Notes: generated by a model not told the origin, from the letters alone. 64,000 nt of DNA from an uncultured Spirochaetota bacterium (GCA_963820525.1 CAWGAA010000003.1:352779-416778); one strand, 5' to 3'. Counted from the stretch's first letter, positions 10,771 to 23,108 are shown. Program-made: numbers and translations.

Positions 10771-12750
10771 TCAGAGCCCGGCTATCTTTTTTGCGAGCGC
10801 TTCAGCGGTGATTCCGAGGTGCTCGGCAAGCTTCTGGCAAGGGGCCGACTCGCCGAAGCGGTCAACGCATACCGTGAGAACCGAATCGTCGAAGGGGCTC
10901 TTCCAGCCCATGGACACGCCTGCCTCGAAGACGACCTTCTTCGCCTTTAGAGGCACCAGCGCCGACCGGAAAGCGGCATCCTGGGCGAGGAAGAGCTCGC
11001 GCGAGATCATCGACACGACGCGGATCTTCTTCTTGGGCAGGGACTCGGCGGCCTTCACGGCCGCGTGCACCTCTGAGCCCGTGGAGACGATCACGATCTG
11101 GGGCTCGCCCGCGCAATCCCGCGCGACGTATGCGCCGCGGCGAATCGTCTCCCTCCACCGGGCATCGGCTTTGGCGAGGATGGGAAGCCCCTGACGGGTT
11201 AGGGCGAGCGCGGTGGGGCCGTCGAGCCTCTCGTAGGCCATGCGCCATGCCATCTCCGTCTCTTCCCCGTCCGCCGGCCTCAGGACCCGGAGGTTGGGAA
11301 TGGCGCGCAGGCTCGCCACGTGTTCCACCGGCTCGTGCGTGGGCCCATCCTCACCGACGAACACCGAGTCGTGGGTGAGAACGTAGATGACGGGAAGCTT
11401 GGCGATGGCCGCCACCCGTATCGACGGCCGCATGTAGTCGGAGAAGACGAGGAACGTGGCGCAGAAGGGCCGAAGTCCGCCATGATAGGCCATCCCGTTG
11501 GCGATGGCCGCCATGCCGTGCTCCCGGATGCCGAAGTGGAAGTTGCGCCCCAGGGGATTGGCTTTGGAGAAATCCCCCATGTCCTTGAGGTTGGTGCTGT
11601 TCGACGGCGCCAGATCGGCCGAGCCGCCGAAGAGGTTGGGCACCAGCGCGGCAAGAGCGTTCAGCACCTTCCCGCCGGCCGCCCGGGTGGCCGGGCTCTC
11701 GCCCTGCTTGAACTCGGCGAGGGCGGCTTCGGGAAGCTCGAGGCGGGGCTGCTCCACCCACTTCCGCCACTCCTCGAAGAGCTCGGGGTTCTCCTTCTTC
11801 CACGCCTCGAAGCTCTTCTTCCACTCATCATGGCGCGATTTCAGGCACGGGGTCTTCTCATTGAAGTAGGCGCGCGCCTCGGGAAGAACGTGGAACTGGC
11901 AGCCCTCGGGGAGCCCGAGGGCTGCCTTGGCCGCCTTCACCTCGTCGGCCCCCAGGGGCTCTCCGTGGACCTTGGAGGATCCCGCCTTGTTCGGCGCCCC
12001 CTTGCCGATGATCGACTCCAGACGGATTATGCTGGGCTTGTCCGTGACGCGCCGCGCTTCATCCGCGAGCCGTACGATGCCTTCCAGGTCGTACATGGAG
12101 CCGGACAGCGTGTGCCATCCGTACCCGTGGAAGCGGGCCAGCACGTCCTCGGAGAACGCGAGGTCCGTGGAGCCTTCTATCGTGATCCTGTTGGAGTCGT
12201 AGAAAACGATGAGCTTTCCCAATCCCAGATGGCCCGCCAGGGAAGCGGCCTCCGAAGCCACCCCTTCCATCATGTCGCCGTCGCTCGCCAGGACATAGGT
12301 GTAGTGGTCGATGATCGCGCGGCCGGGGGTGTTGAAACGGGCGGCCAGTATCCGCTCCGCAATGGCCATGCCCACAGCGTTGGACAGCCCCTGGCCCAGG
12401 GGGCCTCCCGTCGCCTCGACGCCCGGCGTCAGACCCCACTCGGGGTGGCCGGGAGTGATGGAGCCGAGCTGGCGGAATGACATCAGGTCCTCGAGGCTCA
12501 CCGCGTAGCCGGAAAGGTGGAGGGCCGAGTAGAGGAGCATGGAGCCATGACCGGCGGAGAGCACGAACCGGTCCCTGTCGATCCAAGCTGGATCGGCGGG
12601 ATCGTGCTTGAGAATCTCTCCGTAGAGCACCGCTCCGAGCTCGGCGCAGCCCATGGGGAGCCCGGGGTGCCCGGATTTGGCTTTTTCCACGCCGTCCATC
12701 GCGAGGGAGCGAATGGAGGTAGCGACCGCGGAAAGCTGTTTCGTGTTCAT
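10771..12750 (-). CDS. tkt: transketolase
   Basis: 659 aa. TPP-binding N-terminus (GHPG..., GDG...E), pyrimidine-binding and C-terminal domains typical of Tkt. Confidence 0.9.
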   Translation of the reverse strand: MNTKQLSAVATSIRSLAMDGVEKAKSGHPGLPMGCAELGAVLYGEILKHDPADPAWIDRDRFVLSAGHGSMLLYSALHLSGYAVSLEDLMSFRQLGSITPGHPEWGLTPGVEATGGPLGQGLSNAVGMAIAERILAARFNTPGRAIIDHYTYVLASDGDMMEGVASEAASLAGHLGLGKLIVFYDSNRITIEGSTDLAFSEDVLARFHGYGWHTLSGSMYDLEGIVRLADEARRVTDKPSIIRLESIIGKGAPNKAGSSKVHGEPLGADEVKAAKAALGLPEGCQFHVLPEARAYFNEKTPCLKSRHDEWKKSFEAWKKENPELFEEWRKWVEQPRLELPEAALAEFKQGESPATRAAGGKVLNALAALVPNLFGGSADLAPSNSTNLKDMGDFSKANPLGRNFHFGIREHGMAAIANGMAYHGGLRPFCATFLVFSDYMRPSIRVAAIAKLPVIYVLTHDSVFVGEDGPTHEPVEHVASLRAIPNLRVLRPADGEETEMAWRMAYERLDGPTALALTRQGLPILAKADARWRETIRRGAYVARDCAGEPQIVIVSTGSEVHAAVKAAESLPKKKIRVVSMISRELFLAQDAAFRSALVPLKAKKVVFEAGVSMGWKSPFDDSVLTVCVDRFGESAPCQKLAEHLGITAEALAKKIAGL

Positions 12751-13403
12751 CTTTTTCTCCAGAGAATCGTGGATGTGCCGCCTTCGATCCGCACCAGCGC
12801 GTAGCGGCCGCTCTTGTAGGGTCCGATATTGAGGCAGAGGGTCCGGCCCACCGTGTCCTCCCCCGAAGACTCGTGGATGTGGCCGCTAATGCACAGGTGG
12901 GGTTCCCGCACCCGGATGAACTCCAGGACTTCGAGGGAGCCGACGTGCATGCCCGTGAAGCTCCTGTCGAGCTTCGTATCCTTCGGCGGAGCGTGGGAAA
13001 TCAGGATGCGGAAATCCCTGTCCGCGATCTCGGCGTGACCCCTCTCCAGAAGGCTGCGTGCCTCGTCCGCCGCGATCTCGAAGGGAGTGTGAAAGGGAGA
13101 AGGATTGCTCCCGCCCAGGCCGTGAAACCCGACCGGGCCAATGGCGATCCCGCGGCCGTGGATATCGATTCCCCGCTCCTGGAGGAAGCGCTGAACCCCT
13201 TCGCCGTCCATGTTTCCCGCCACCGCCACCACGGGCTTGCCCGACTCGACAAGAGGGGCGAGCACTTTCTCCGCCTCCGCATATCCGCCGAGGTGGGTCA
13301 CGTCTCCCGCGACGACAATGACATCCGCGTCGGTCGCCGCGGAGAGAACTTCTCCAAGCCCCTTGCTCTCACCATGGATGTCGGAAATGCACAGGAGGAC
13401 CAT
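12747..13403 (-). CDS. metallophosphoesterase (calcineurin-like, YfcE-like)
   Basis: 218 aa with DxH...GDxxD...GNHD/E...H metallophosphatase motifs ([23 protein letters not shown]). 4-nt overlap with tkt start. Confidence 0.7.
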   Translation of the reverse strand: MVLLCISDIHGESKGLGEVLSAATDADVIVVAGDVTHLGGYAEAEKVLAPLVESGKPVVAVAGNMDGEGVQRFLQERGIDIHGRGIAIGPVGFHGLGGSNPSPFHTPFEIAADEARSLLERGHAEIADRDFRILISHAPPKDTKLDRSFTGMHVGSLEVLEFIRVREPHLCISGHIHESSGEDTVGRTLCLNIGPYKSGRYALVRIEGGTSTILWRKR

Positions 13404-13410
13404 TGCTCGA

Positions 13411-14973
13411 CTAGTGGTGGTGCCTGCCCTTGTGCCTCTTGTGATGATGGCGGTAGGCCTGCTTCTGCCCTCCGGGGAACGAGAGGATCTTTTCCTGCGG
13501 GGCTTGGGCCTGCTGGCCGTCCTGGGCGGTGGGCTCGGCTTCCGCAGTCTGTCCGCCGTCCGAGCCGGCTTCTACGGCTCCCGCGGGGGCTTCCTGGGGC
13601 GCTGTCCGGGATGTCGCTGAGGCGAGCTCGACGGGGGCCTCCTCGGCTTCCGCTTCCACCTCTTCGGCCTCCAGCTCCTCTTCCTTGGCGGCGGCCGGCT
13701 TCATCCCGTATTTTTCCTGCTCCAGCTTCTTCCTGCGGCGCTCCCTCCAGTTCTCCCATTCCAGGACTATGGGGGAGGCGATAAAGATCGTGGAGTAGCT
13801 TCCTTCCACGATGCCGACCAGCATGTTGAGGGAGAAGATCTTCATGGATCCGGTTGTGAGGAGGAACAGGGAGAGAACCGTGAGAAGCGTCGCTCCCGAG
13901 GTTATGAACGTCCGGCCAAGGGTCTGGCTGACGCTCGTGTCGAGCATGGTCTCCAGGCCGGCCCCGCGCATGAGGTTGGAGTTCTCCCGCACGCGGTCGA
14001 ATATGACGATCGTGTCATTGATGGAATATCCGAGGATGGTGAGGATTGCGGCGATGGTTCCCGCGTCCATCTCGATGTGGAAAACCGAGTTGTAGGTGAG
14101 CATGACCAGCGCGTCGTGAACCAGCGCCAGGACCGCGGCCACGGCGTAGATGGGCTTGAAGCGGAACATCATGTAGATGAGGATCAGCACGACCGCGATC
14201 AGCACGAGCCAGATCGACTGCTTGGCCAGCGCCTGGGAGAGGCGGGGCCCGACGAAGTCCGTGCTCTTCATGAGAACCGAATCCGCTCCGAACTTCTCTC
14301 CCAGCAGCTCCTGCGCCCTGTTCTGCGTGGAAATCTGGAAGTTGGGGTCCTCGCTCTTCGCCTCCACCCGCGCTATGAACTCCTGGTCCGACGGCTTTCC
14401 GGCCACCTGAAGGTCGAGCTGGCCCATGGGCGCGAGAGCCGCCCTGACGTCGGCAATGCCCACCCTCTGGCCCGTGCCGGGCTGGGGCCGGGGCTGGACA
14501 TTGAACGTGTACGGCTTGCCCGATATGTCGGCCACGCTCACCGGCGGAATGATCTGCGAGGGCGGCATGCTCATGTCGCCCTTGGGCTGGACGGTGATGC
14601 CCGGAATCTTCGATGCAATAGCGTCGACCAAGTCCTTGACCGTCTTGTAGTCCTTGTAATGGAACGGAGAGGGCTGCTTTATTCCGGTCTGAGGATCCGT
14701 GACGGAAACGATGACGTCTCCGGCGGCGGTGAGGGCCTGCTCTCCGGAGGGCACCGAGACCTCGGCCTTTCCGGGGCCCGTGTACTGCAGGGCGAAGCTG
14801 GCCGGAGCGATCTGGAACTGCATCGCGATTCCGGCCTTGAAATCCACCCCGAGGTTGAAGCCGCGGAAGAGGTAGAACGCGCCGCCCGTGATGAAGATGG
14901 AGGCCGAGATGGCGAAGAAGATGTAGCGCGTGCGCTGGAAGCGGATTACCCTTTTCATGCGATCTTTCTCCAC
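13411..14973 (-). CDS. secF: protein translocase subunit SecF with enlarged periplasmic domain and acidic/His-rich C-terminal tail
   Basis: 520 aa. SecF TM core (LIAVVLILIYMMFRFK..., GYSINDTIVIFDRVRE). C-terminal about 100 aa E/A/Q-rich, ending HHHKRHKGRHHH. Confidence 0.85.
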   Translation of the reverse strand: MEKDRMKRVIRFQRTRYIFFAISASIFITGGAFYLFRGFNLGVDFKAGIAMQFQIAPASFALQYTGPGKAEVSVPSGEQALTAAGDVIVSVTDPQTGIKQPSPFHYKDYKTVKDLVDAIASKIPGITVQPKGDMSMPPSQIIPPVSVADISGKPYTFNVQPRPQPGTGQRVGIADVRAALAPMGQLDLQVAGKPSDQEFIARVEAKSEDPNFQISTQNRAQELLGEKFGADSVLMKSTDFVGPRLSQALAKQSIWLVLIAVVLILIYMMFRFKPIYAVAAVLALVHDALVMLTYNSVFHIEMDAGTIAAILTILGYSINDTIVIFDRVRENSNLMRGAGLETMLDTSVSQTLGRTFITSGATLLTVLSLFLLTTGSMKIFSLNMLVGIVEGSYSTIFIASPIVLEWENWRERRRKKLEQEKYGMKPAAAKEEELEAEEVEAEAEEAPVELASATSRTAPQEAPAGAVEAGSDGGQTAEAEPTAQDGQQAQAPQEKILSFPGGQKQAYRHHHKRHKGRHHH

Positions 14974-16685
14974 CCGACGACGATCCGTTTTACCTTGAGG
15001 ACCTCGACGTTGAAATCGAAGATGAGCCGCGAGACGAAGACCGCTGCGAACAGGGTCGAGACGTTTCCGATCATGAGCGTCATGGCGAAGCCCTGGATGC
15101 TGCCCTTGGCGAGCTGGGACAGAACCAACGCAGCGATGATCGTGGTGATGTTGGAGTCCGCGATGGCCCAGAAGGCCCTTTCGAAGCCCGCCTTTACCAC
15201 GGCCGCCGTGGACTTGCCCAGCTTCATCTCCTCCTTCATGCGCTCGAAGATGAGCACGCTCGCGTCCACGGCCATGCCGACGTTGAGCACGAGGCCGGCG
15301 ATTGCCGTGAGGGTGAGGGTGAAGTTGAATACGGACAGGATGGCCACGATGAAGTAGAGGTTGAGCAGCTGGGCGATGATGGCGTTCAGCCCGGACCTGC
15401 GGTAGTAGGCGAGCATGAAGAGGAACACGAGCCCCAGGCCCAGGGCGCTGGCGTTCACCCCCTGGTTGATTGCGTCTTCACCGAGGGAGGCTCCAATGGC
15501 CTGCTGGCTGATGATCTCCAGGGGAACGGGGAGGGAGCCGGTGCGGAGCACGCGGGCAAGGTCCTGCGCCTCGTCCTCCTTGAAGCCCGTCACCCGGACC
15601 TGGTCCCTGATGGGCTCGCTGATCCTCGCCTGGGCCTTCACCTTGTTGTCCAGGGCAACGGCGAGGAGCTTGCTCACGTTGGCGCTGGTGAGCTTGTAGA
15701 ACTCTTCTCCGCCCTGGGCCGTGAGCACGAAGTTGACCGTGGGCTGCCCCGAGATGGGATCTCGTGCCACCTGGGCATCGCGGATCTCGGTCCCGCTCAG
15801 GCCCACATCCTGGTAGAGCACGGTATAGCCTTTCAGCTCGTCCAGGCCGTAGGCGTCGTTCTGATAGACCCCGTAGAGCTGGTCTCCCTTGGGGATGAGC
15901 TCCGCCACCTTGGGGTCCCTGACGTTCCCCGCGGCATCCAGGAGCACGCTCCCGGTCTGGGATTCATACTCCCGCACCTTGGTGACGGCGTCCTGGTCCA
16001 CGATGTGGAAGGTGAGCAGGCCCTTGCCCATGACGAAGCTTCTCACCTTCTCGGGGTCCTGCGTGCCGGGGATCTCGATGACTATCTCCTCGGTGCCCTG
16101 CCTGCGGATGGAGGGCTCGGTGAGACCGAACTGGTCGATGCGGTTTCGAAGCGCCTCGAGGGCGCCGTTCATCTTGTCTTCTTTTTGAGCGTCGGTGAGC
16201 TTCTGGCCCGAGGTCTTTTCCAGGGCGGCGAAGTCGGCGCGGAGCACCACGTACATGCCGCCGCGCAGGTCCAACCCGAGCTGCAGCGTCCTGTTTCTGA
16301 GGTCCTTGAGCGCCAGGATCCGGGCGCGGTAGTAGTCCTCGATGTCCGAGGAGAGGTCGCTCCTGCTCGCATACGCCGAAAGCGCGTCCCGCACGTGCCA
16401 CGAGGCGGGGCTCGGGGTATGGGCCTCCGCGTAGCGCGCCTCGGCCTTGGGGATGAGGAAATTCTCCTCGGCGGGCAGTGGATCATCCGGGTTCATGGCA
16501 ACGAGCTTCTTGATGATCTCGTCCGCTTTTTCCTGCGCGTAGACCCTGATCTGGTTGCGCGAGCTCTCGGCGATCGACTTTTCGCTCAGGGGTACAATGA
16601 AGTACCATCGCAGCGAGGGCCAGAGAAAATAGAAACCGACCGCCATGAGGGCGACCGTGAGGAGCAACCGATACCGCTTCTTCAT
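14955..16685 (-). CDS. secD: protein translocase subunit SecD
   Basis: 576 aa. Signal-anchor, large periplasmic domain, C-terminal six-TM SecD core. Overlaps secF start. Confidence 0.85.
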   Translation of the reverse strand: MKKRYRLLLTVALMAVGFYFLWPSLRWYFIVPLSEKSIAESSRNQIRVYAQEKADEIIKKLVAMNPDDPLPAEENFLIPKAEARYAEAHTPSPASWHVRDALSAYASRSDLSSDIEDYYRARILALKDLRNRTLQLGLDLRGGMYVVLRADFAALEKTSGQKLTDAQKEDKMNGALEALRNRIDQFGLTEPSIRRQGTEEIVIEIPGTQDPEKVRSFVMGKGLLTFHIVDQDAVTKVREYESQTGSVLLDAAGNVRDPKVAELIPKGDQLYGVYQNDAYGLDELKGYTVLYQDVGLSGTEIRDAQVARDPISGQPTVNFVLTAQGGEEFYKLTSANVSKLLAVALDNKVKAQARISEPIRDQVRVTGFKEDEAQDLARVLRTGSLPVPLEIISQQAIGASLGEDAINQGVNASALGLGLVFLFMLAYYRRSGLNAIIAQLLNLYFIVAILSVFNFTLTLTAIAGLVLNVGMAVDASVLIFERMKEEMKLGKSTAAVVKAGFERAFWAIADSNITTIIAALVLSQLAKGSIQGFAMTLMIGNVSTLFAAVFVSRLIFDFNVEVLKVKRIVVGWRKIA

Positions 16686-16694
16686 GGAATGCCT

Positions 16695-17060
16695 TTACTC
16701 CTTGGACTCTCCCGGCTCTTCCTTGCGTTCCAGCACCTGGGAGATGGCCCCCTTGTTGAACTCGATCTTCGTGGTGTCGTCTACCTTGAGCACAACCGCG
16801 TCATCCTTGACGGAGACGACGGAACCGCGCAGCCCGCCGATGGTGGCCACGCGGTCTCCCTTGTGCAGGGAGTCAAGCATCTTTTTGGCTTCCTTCTGCT
16901 TCCTGTTCTGGGGCCTGATCATCAGGAAGTAGAACACGACGATGATCAGGGCGAACATGATCAGCGTCCCGTAGATGGAAACGCCGCCGCCCGTTCCCTG
17001 CCCGCCCGCACCTTGGGGCGCCCCCAACATCAGAGGGAGTAGATCGAATATGCGTGTCAT
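16695..17060 (-). CDS. yajC: preprotein translocase subunit YajC
   Basis: 121 aa, single TM, conserved YajC core (FYFLMIRPQNRKQKE...GDRVATIGGLRGSV). Confidence 0.8.
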   Translation of the reverse strand: MTRIFDLLPLMLGAPQGAGGQGTGGGVSIYGTLIMFALIIVVFYFLMIRPQNRKQKEAKKMLDSLHKGDRVATIGGLRGSVVSVKDDAVVLKVDDTTKIEFNKGAISQVLERKEEPGESKE

Positions 17061-17121
17061 AATTTGTCCTTATGATGAAGATGGATAACCGCGAAAACAT
17101 ACCACTAAATCAAAGAAAGCG

Positions 17122-17787
17122 TCAAGGCTGCTTCTTCTTTGCCTTGAGGGCGCGTGAAACGGAGCGCAGCCTGCGGCTGAAGATTCCCTCCACCCTGAGG
17201 GAAGCCTCGCGCACCTCCCGCATCTTGCTAACGAGAAACTCCAGGGACGAGTCGAGCTTCTCCAGTTCCTCCAAGAGAAGTGCGTCAAGGTCCCCGGACG
17301 CCGCGCCGGGCTCCGGGCCCATCAGGCGAAGGATGGTGCCGATCTCCGCAAGCGTGTAGTTGAAGGTCTGCAGGTCCTTGATGAAGGAGAGAAGCTGCAC
17401 GTCCATGGGACGGTACAGCCGGAAGCCGCCCTCGGTGCGCCTGAAGGGCGCGATCAGCCCCTTCTCCTCCCAGAACTTGATGGTTCGGACGTTGATTCCG
17501 CTCCTCTCGGCAAGCTCCCCGATGGTGAGAAACTCGCTCTTGGAGACGTACCTGCCCGTCTCGTCCTTGAGGGGAAGCCCGACGTTCTTCTTGATCTTGG
17601 CTATCTCGGAGAGCGCGTAGCCCAGGGAGCTGAACTTCTTGATCAACTCCCCCTCTTCCAGCGCGGACTCCGGGAAGAGGTCGGTGAGCCCGGGCAGCGG
17701 GGAGAGCAGATCGTTCTCGGTCCATTCCTCGAGCTCTCGAAGCGAGATGCGCAGCCTCTGGATGAGCTCCTGGCGGGTCAGCTCCAC
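17122..17787 (-). CDS. MerR family transcriptional regulator (HspR-like placement near groEL)
   Basis: 221 aa. HTH LTIGELAERSGINVRTIKFWEEKGLI typical of the MerR family. Confidence 0.7.
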   Translation of the reverse strand: MELTRQELIQRLRISLRELEEWTENDLLSPLPGLTDLFPESALEEGELIKKFSSLGYALSEIAKIKKNVGLPLKDETGRYVSKSEFLTIGELAERSGINVRTIKFWEEKGLIAPFRRTEGGFRLYRPMDVQLLSFIKDLQTFNYTLAEIGTILRLMGPEPGAASGDLDALLLEELEKLDSSLEFLVSKMREVREASLRVEGIFSRRLRSVSRALKAKKKQP

Positions 17788-17798
17788 CGCGACGTCCT

Positions 17799-18092
17799 TC
17801 AGACCGTCGTGATCCTGTTGACCCCTTCGGGAACCCCGAAGGTTCCATAGGTCCGGGTCAGCTCTTCCACCGTGGAGCAGCGGTGTTCGGTGCGCTGGTT
17901 GTAGATGGCAAGGACCTCGGCAAGCTCCTCCGGCTTTCCCGAGTAGAGCGCCGAGCAGACCGCCTGCTTGAAGAGTCCCGCCTCGGCGAGCTGTCTGGTG
18001 GAGTACGAGGCATAGCGCGAGCGAAGCTTTCCGTCGACGATCGCCGCGCTGCCCTCGTAGCCGATGCAGAATACGTAGTCCTCCCTGCGCAT
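17799..18092 (-). CDS. hypothetical protein
   Basis: About 97 aa ORF from internal ATG (MRREDYVFCIGYEG...) between groEL and the MerR gene. No domain recognised. Confidence 0.35.
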   Translation of the reverse strand: MRREDYVFCIGYEGSAAIVDGKLRSRYASYSTRQLAEAGLFKQAVCSALYSGKPEELAEVLAIYNQRTEHRCSTVEELTRTYGTFGVPEGVNRITTV

Positions 18093-18219
18093 GGCTCGAT
18101 CTTGGCAGATAGCCAATAGATGTTCAAGTGAAGGGGATCGCCGGCGCCGGCGGGGCAAGCGGGGGTCAAAAAAAGGGGCGCCTTATCGGCGGCCCCTTGT
18201 CTCGAATGAAAGCCCTCAC

Positions 18220-19875
<1,656 letters not shown>

Positions 19876-19934
19876 TCACACTACAGTCTTATGTCAGCGA
19901 ATGAATTGAAGCGCGTCGCTTTTGCATATAACAT

Positions 19935-19995
19935 ACAAAAGGATTCGAAGAGCATCAAGTGGTATTTTTTCGCCTCTTCGCACTTGACTTTCGAA
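19935..19995. promoter_or_regulatory. nested inverted repeat upstream of groEL (candidate heat-shock operator)
   Basis: GGATTCGAAG..TCAAGTG-N19-CACTTGA..CTTTCGAATCC. Inner 7-bp and outer about 10-bp arms, about 80-140 bp upstream of the groEL start. Not CIRCE; half-sites share CTTGA with the HspR HAIR motif. Confidence 0.35.
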
Positions 19996-21686
19996 TCCCA
20001 TCTGATAGAAAAGACGAAGTGAGAAGCAGGAGCGGGCGAAAAATCCTCCTTGGGCTCCAATGGGGCGGTCCATCATGGGAGCGGGCATCCGTATGGTGCT
20101 CTTCCCTGCTGCTCCGGCTCGAACGGGTCCCCCTCCATTGGTGCTTTCCCGCAATTCCGCCTGACGGCCGGGGCGAGGCGGCGCGGCCCTTCATCCGAGC
20201 GGTAGCCGGCAGGCTCGATGAAGGCCTGGACAGGCTGGTTCCCATGGGCTTCGCCGGCGCGCTCCACCCCCTCCTCACCCTCGACGAGCTGGACAAGGAG
20301 CTTTGCTGGACAACGCGAAACCCCTGGTCTACGGGGGTGATGGACCTGTTCGACGCCAAACCCTCCGCCCTCGCCCCCCGGCTCTCGGATCTGGAAAGGC
20401 CGGCGGCGTTGGAGCTGTACCGTTCCAGCGGGTTCGGGCGGCTGTGCGTGGAACTCGAGCGCGCGGCCCGGCCTCGTTCGCTCGACGGCCTGACCCTCGT
20501 TCCCGTCATCCGGCTTGCTCCCCGGGCCGGTCCCGCGACCGAAACCTCGCGACGGATTCGGCGGGCAGCCGGACAGGACGCCCTGCTCATGATCGAGCTT
20601 TCCGCCTTCCCCTCGGAGCAGGCTTTTCAATCGTTCTTCGATGAGCTTCTGAAAGCCGTTTCTTCATCAGGGATCGTGCTCTCGACAATCGAGGACGTGG
20701 ATGGGCGCGCGGGGACTTTGACGCCGACATCCGCTCCCGGCGCTCCCTGGGATGAGCTGCCGGCGAGCCTTCTTCGACACAGGCTTTCCCTCGCCTCGGC
20801 TTATCAAAGGAAGAAAAAGAAAAAAAACGAGGATTACAGAAAGATCCTGAATCTCCTCGCCTTCCCCCCGGGCTTCGCCGAATCGCCGATGGAGGGAAAC
20901 GCCGTTGCCCCTTCCGCCAGGAAAGACAATGGAAAAACCCTGGTGGCTCACATGCAGGGAGATGTGGCGCTTGCGGGAAGGGATTTCGACGTGAGGCTTT
21001 CCGGAGGAAGATTCAGCGGGATCGTATACCGAGGAAGGTATTTGCTTCCGAACATTCCTGCCTCATCATTCATGACGATTTGCGGCAAAACGTTTCATTT
21101 CAAGACTCGAAGCTCGATTTCGTTCGAGGGCGACGATGGAACGGGACTCAGGGACGAGTTGTCGCTTGAGACTGGCAATGGGCGCCGGCATCGCGAGGCC
21201 GTGGATGCGAGCCGCTGCAACCTGGCTATCGAGTACGAGTTTCGAGGCGATGCGCCCGAGCTTTTCATCGGAGCGGTTCTCTCCTACCCGCTTTTCACGG
21301 CCGGCCAGATCGTCGAGGCTCTTGCCCCTCTGGCAATTCCACTGACCGAGCTTCGCGGACACGGCCCTGCCCGGGTGGAGGCGATCTGCCCGGACGGCTC
21401 CCGAGCGGTCCACGTAATCACGGAAAGGGACGGCTGGAAGCCGGTCTCGGCCATGACCTGGCTCGTGGAAGCTCAGGGGGCCAGGATCCTCCTGCACACC
21501 GCCCCCCCCGCCGAGAAGAGATGGGGCCTGGGGTTCTTCCGCATAACAAGGAGCAGGAGGCGAAGGCTTCTGGAGGCGAACCCGTTCGGAAGCGCAATCC
21601 CGACGCCCGGGCCGCTGATCAGCGGAAAGACCGAGGCTTTCACTCTTTTCATTGGAATCGAAGAAGACCGGAAAGGCGCCGGTTGA
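19959..21686 (+). CDS. hypothetical protein (start uncertain; GTG at 19959 or internal ATGs)
   Basis: Long ORF with no recognisable domain. Contains KKKKKN encoded by an A-rich run with an A7 tract near 20811-20830. Confidence 0.4.
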   Translation: MVFFRLFALDFRIPSDRKDEVRSRSGRKILLGLQWGGPSWERASVWCSSLLLRLERVPLHWCFPAIPPDGRGEAARPFIRAVAGRLDEGLDRLVPMGFAGALHPLLTLDELDKELCWTTRNPWSTGVMDLFDAKPSALAPRLSDLERPAALELYRSSGFGRLCVELERAARPRSLDGLTLVPVIRLAPRAGPATETSRRIRRAAGQDALLMIELSAFPSEQAFQSFFDELLKAVSSSGIVLSTIEDVDGRAGTLTPTSAPGAPWDELPASLLRHRLSLASAYQRKKKKKNEDYRKILNLLAFPPGFAESPMEGNAVAPSARKDNGKTLVAHMQGDVALAGRDFDVRLSGGRFSGIVYRGRYLLPNIPASSFMTICGKTFHFKTRSSISFEGDDGTGLRDELSLETGNGRRHREAVDASRCNLAIEYEFRGDAPELFIGAVLSYPLFTAGQIVEALAPLAIPLTELRGHGPARVEAICPDGSRAVHVITERDGWKPVSAMTWLVEAQGARILLHTAPPAEKRWGLGFFRITRSRRRRLLEANPFGSAIPTPGPLISGKTEAFTLFIGIEEDRKGAG

Positions 21687-21688
21687 AG

Positions 21689-22339
21689 ATGGCGGGAATC
21701 GACTTTTTCGACGTGGACCACACCATTACGCGGCGTTCGACGGGGGCCCGATTCATCACCCTGGCCATTCGGAGGGGGATCCTTCCGGCCCGCCTCCTGG
21801 CCATCCTTCCCTATTATACCTTTACATACCGCCTCGGGGTCTTTCGTCTTCGTAAGTACGCCGAGGGCTTCCCCTATCTCTGCGGAGTGGCGAAGAAGGA
21901 TCTGGAAGACGTCGCGCGGGAGTGCTTTCAGACCTACCTGCGCACGGACGTTTTCCCCCAGGCGGTTTCCCTCATCGAAGAGAAGAAGAAGAGCGGAAGA
22001 AGGGTGGTGCTGGCCACTTCCTCCCTCGACATCATCGTGAAGCCGCTGGCCGAGTTCCTCGGGGTAAGCGCCACGATCGCGACGGCGCTCGAGTTCAACG
22101 ACGGGGTGGCCACCGGGATGGTGAAGGGCGTGCCCATGTTCAGGCGGGAAAAACGCTCCCGGGTCCTTGAGTTCATCTCGGAGGCGGGGGAAAAGCGGGC
22201 TGATTGCTCCTTCTATTCCGACAGCATCTACGACCTTCCGCTCCTGGAAGAGGTTGGAGATCCCGTGGCGGTGAACCCGGATTTCCGCCTGCGCAGAATC
22301 GCTCGACGAAGAAACTGGCGGATCATCGACTTTCCCTGA
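21689..22339 (+). CDS. HAD-IB family hydrolase (phosphoserine-phosphatase-like)
   Basis: Starts MAGIDFFDVDHTIT (HAD motif I DxDxT). Later motifs ...LATSS..., ...YSDSIYDLPLL. Confidence 0.7.
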   Translation: MAGIDFFDVDHTITRRSTGARFITLAIRRGILPARLLAILPYYTFTYRLGVFRLRKYAEGFPYLCGVAKKDLEDVARECFQTYLRTDVFPQAVSLIEEKKKSGRRVVLATSSLDIIVKPLAEFLGVSATIATALEFNDGVATGMVKGVPMFRREKRSRVLEFISEAGEKRADCSFYSDSIYDLPLLEEVGDPVAVNPDFRLRRIARRRNWRIIDFP

Positions 22340-23066
22340 TCTCTCCCTGGGCAATCCTCCGCCGAGCGCCTCCCTCCACGACCACAAGCAAAGCCCCGTC
22401 CTGGTCCACCCCCTCCAGAACGCCCCGGACCGTCTCGCCGGACCCCGGCGCCTGCACGCTCACGGCGTGACCGCGAAGGCACAGACGGCGCTCCAGCTCT
22501 CCCATCCAGCCTCCGTCGGACAGCACCCGCTTCAGCTCTGCCAGGAGCCTGGCGCACGGCTCCAGTGGAGGGACCTCCCGGCCCGAGGCCTGCCGCAGGG
22601 AGCAGGCAATGTCCGCCAGCTCGTGGGGGAAAGAGGCCTGATTGCAGTTTAGGCCGACGCCGATTATCAGAAACCCGCCCCTGCTCTCGCAGAGGATCCC
22701 GCAAAGCTTCCTGCCCTGAAACAGCACATCGTTCGGCCATTTCACCCCGGCGGGTCGGGAGAGCCAGGGGTCAACGGCCCGACAGACCGCAACCGCGCTG
22801 GAGAGGGGGAGCAGGGAGAGCGGGAAGCCGACCTCCCGCGGCTCGAGGACCACCGAAACAAGGAGGCTCTCCCAGGGAGACGAGACCCACTCCCTTCCGG
22901 GCACCCTCCCCCTGCCTCGCTCCTGATAGCCCGCGACCAGGGCCGTTCCGGAAGGATAGCCTTTTTGCGCGAGGGAGAGGGCATCGTCCATCGTGGAGGC
23001 CGTCCGCTCCTTCATGAAGACCCGGGCTCCCTCCCACGGGTTGGGCACCTTCAGGGTCATTTCCAT
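22323..23066 (-). CDS. birA: biotin--[acetyl-CoA-carboxylase] ligase (catalytic domain, no N-terminal HTH)
   Basis: 247 aa with the BirA signature GRGRxGRxW (QERGRGRVPGREWVSSPWESL) and KWPNDV. Confidence 0.75.
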   Translation of the reverse strand: MEMTLKVPNPWEGARVFMKERTASTMDDALSLAQKGYPSGTALVAGYQERGRGRVPGREWVSSPWESLLVSVVLEPREVGFPLSLLPLSSAVAVCRAVDPWLSRPAGVKWPNDVLFQGRKLCGILCESRGGFLIIGVGLNCNQASFPHELADIACSLRQASGREVPPLEPCARLLAELKRVLSDGGWMGELERRLCLRGHAVSVQAPGSGETVRGVLEGVDQDGALLVVVEGGARRRIAQGEIRESR

Positions 23067-23108
23067 CTCTTCATTGACCTTGCACGATTTCTATACCATT
23101 TTTCTTCC

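Noticed and set aside
10808-12586. Long antisense and out-of-frame ORFs inside transketolase (for example 11320..12480 plus, 11351..11824 minus)
   Set aside because: High-GC artefacts. The minus-strand Tkt frame carries all the conserved motifs.
19894-20154. 86-aa minus-strand ORF upstream of groEL considered as a possible groES
   Set aside because: No similarity to the GroES signature (mobile loop, IVKR...G..). Sequence looks non-coding.
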